From: Candidatus Multivorans sp.
GTDB taxonomy: Bacteria; Acidobacteriota; Thermoanaerobaculia; Multivoradales; Multivoraceae
Reading direction: 5' to 3'
DNA length: 64,000 nucleotides
Assembly (NCBI GenBank): GCA_965224025.1
Contig: OZ245033.1
Coordinates: forward strand, 2,208,001-2,272,000
The notes beneath the pieces were generated by a model. The model worked only from the letters and a program-made list of their open reading frames with translations, searched no databases and was not told the DNA's origin. The translations under genes were made by a program, and so were the position numbers. Below are positions 62,835-64,000 of this stretch, in pieces. Numbering within the stretch: position 1 is the first letter of the stretch; each line of letters opens with the position of its first letter.

Positions 62835-63998
62835 CTACTTCGGCGCCAGACTGCCGGCCTGCAGGTTCTCGATCGCCTGGAGCGTGAAGGTCTCGCCGTC
62901 CATGTCGACCTTGGCGCCCGGCTCGGAGCCCAGCAATCTGAGGGCGAGGTCGGACTCGTACGAGATGATGCCGCGCTCGGGCGCGCTCTCCCAGGGGCCG
63001 AGGATGGCCAGAACGCGCTGCTTGCCGCTTACCGACTCGAAGATCGCCCGGTTGCCGATGCGGAGCTTGTCGCAGGCCGCGGCGCCGAGGTCGATCGGCG
63101 TCGAGCGTTGCAGGTCCTGCTGCAGTTCGGTGGCCAGGGAAGTCAGGTACTCGTGGCGCTGGCGGGCGGACTTGTACTCGAAGTTCTCGCGCAGGTCGCC
63201 GAGCGCGCGTGCTTCCTCGATCGCCCTGCGATTGGCCGGCAACTCCTCTTCGACCAGCTCGCGCAACCGGTCCCGCTTGGCGGCGATCGAAGCAGGCAGG
63301 GCATAGAGATCGTCGTCGGTGTCCTGGTCGGCGAGCAGGTCGGGGAATTTCAGGTGCAGCGCCGCGAGCAGGGGCTCCCGCCGGTAGTCCTCGAGCGCCG
63401 CGTGGCGGATGGAGGCCTCGGCCTGCCGGGCTTCGTCCAGGGTCAGTTCGGGTAGCAGTTTGGGCACCGTGCCGCCGGAGTCGAAGAGGGCCTTGAGGCG
63501 GAGTCGGAACGGGGCGAAGGCTTCGTGCCTCAGGGCCTGAATCAAGAGATTGAGGAGACGGTTCTGCCGGCCCTCGCGCAGCGCCGGGTCGGCCGCGGCG
63601 CCCTCTGCGAGCCAGGTGAAGGCGGCAGGCGTGCGATGCGGTTGGACCTGGGCGCGCGCGGCGCAGCGGAGCAGCAGTTCCTGGTCGATCATCTCGACGA
63701 TCGTGCCGATCGCCTTGGTGTCGGTCTCGAGGAGGAAGCGCCTCTCGAGCACGTCGCGCCAGTCGCCGCGACAGTCGGGCAGGAGACGGTAGGCCTGTTC
63801 ACGTGGACCTCGCGGGTCGATCGACGCGAAGAAGCCCAGCGGATTCTTCAGGCTGCTGAGGAGTTCCTCCGCCGGCCATGTCGGCTCGGCGCCGAAGCGC
63901 TCCAGCGCGCAGCGAATCTCGAACGCGAGCGCGGGCTGCCCACGGGTCAGGCTCCGGCCCAGGTCGTCCAGGGCGGCCGTCATCCGATCCCTCAGGTC
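62835..63998 (-). CDS. GreA/GreB-family factor with long N-terminal extension (5' end beyond window)
   Basis: AIEEARALGDLRENFEYKSA, ILGPWES, ISYESDLA..LLG. Confidence 0.88.
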   Translation of the reverse strand, partial: DLRDRMTAALDDLGRSLTRGQPALAFEIRCALERFGAEPTWPAEELLSSLKNPLGFFASIDPRGPREQAYRLLPDCRGDWRDVLERRFLLETDTKAIGTIVEMIDQELLLRCAARAQVQPHRTPAAFTWLAEGAAADPALREGRQNRLLNLLIQALRHEAFAPFRLRLKALFDSGGTVPKLLPELTLDEARQAEASIRHAALEDYRREPLLAALHLKFPDLLADQDTDDDLYALPASIAAKRDRLRELVEEELPANRRAIEEARALGDLRENFEYKSARQRHEYLTSLATELQQDLQRSTPIDLGAAACDKLRIGNRAIFESVSGKQRVLAILGPWESAPERGIISYESDLALRLLGSEPGAKVDMDGETFTLQAIENLQAGSLAPK

Positions 63999-64000
63999 CT

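Overview
GC-rich bacterial chromosome segment, most likely Acidobacteriota (inferred from a Cys-rich N-terminal insertion in RpoB). Positions 0.5-39.8 kb hold the core translation/transcription super-cluster: tRNA-Thr, tuf, tRNA-Trp, secE, nusG, rplKAJL, rpoBC, rpsLG, fusA, a second tuf, and the S10, spc and alpha operons. rpmG, rpsN and rpsD are missing from their usual positions. Three accessory blocks interrupt or follow it. (1) Between rpoC and rpsL, a secreted metzincin/Ig/FN3 gene is split by a 2.7-kb IS1595-family element (22-bp IRs, 8-bp TSD) that carries a DNA methyltransferase-endonuclease passenger. (2) After rplQ, a NucS-like nuclease and a BsuBI/PstI-type R-M pair are bracketed by two inverted copies of a ~183-bp hairpin repeat whose stems covary. 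(3) A 6.6-kb element with subterminal inverted repeats and CCTC flanks is inserted into a host gene that rejoins in frame without it. It carries a Mu-like head module (terminase tail, portal, MuF, gpG), a MuF C-terminal HExxH toxin-like domain with a candidate immunity gene, and a DUF2235/Tle1-like lipase, but no recombinase or capsid gene. The rest is housekeeping: EF-G2, an M16 peptidase pair, lexA, an amidase, gatCA and a large GreA. Four homopolymer frameshifts, one in the normally essential map gene, suggest sequencing indel errors. All calls come from reading motifs by eye; no database searches were run.
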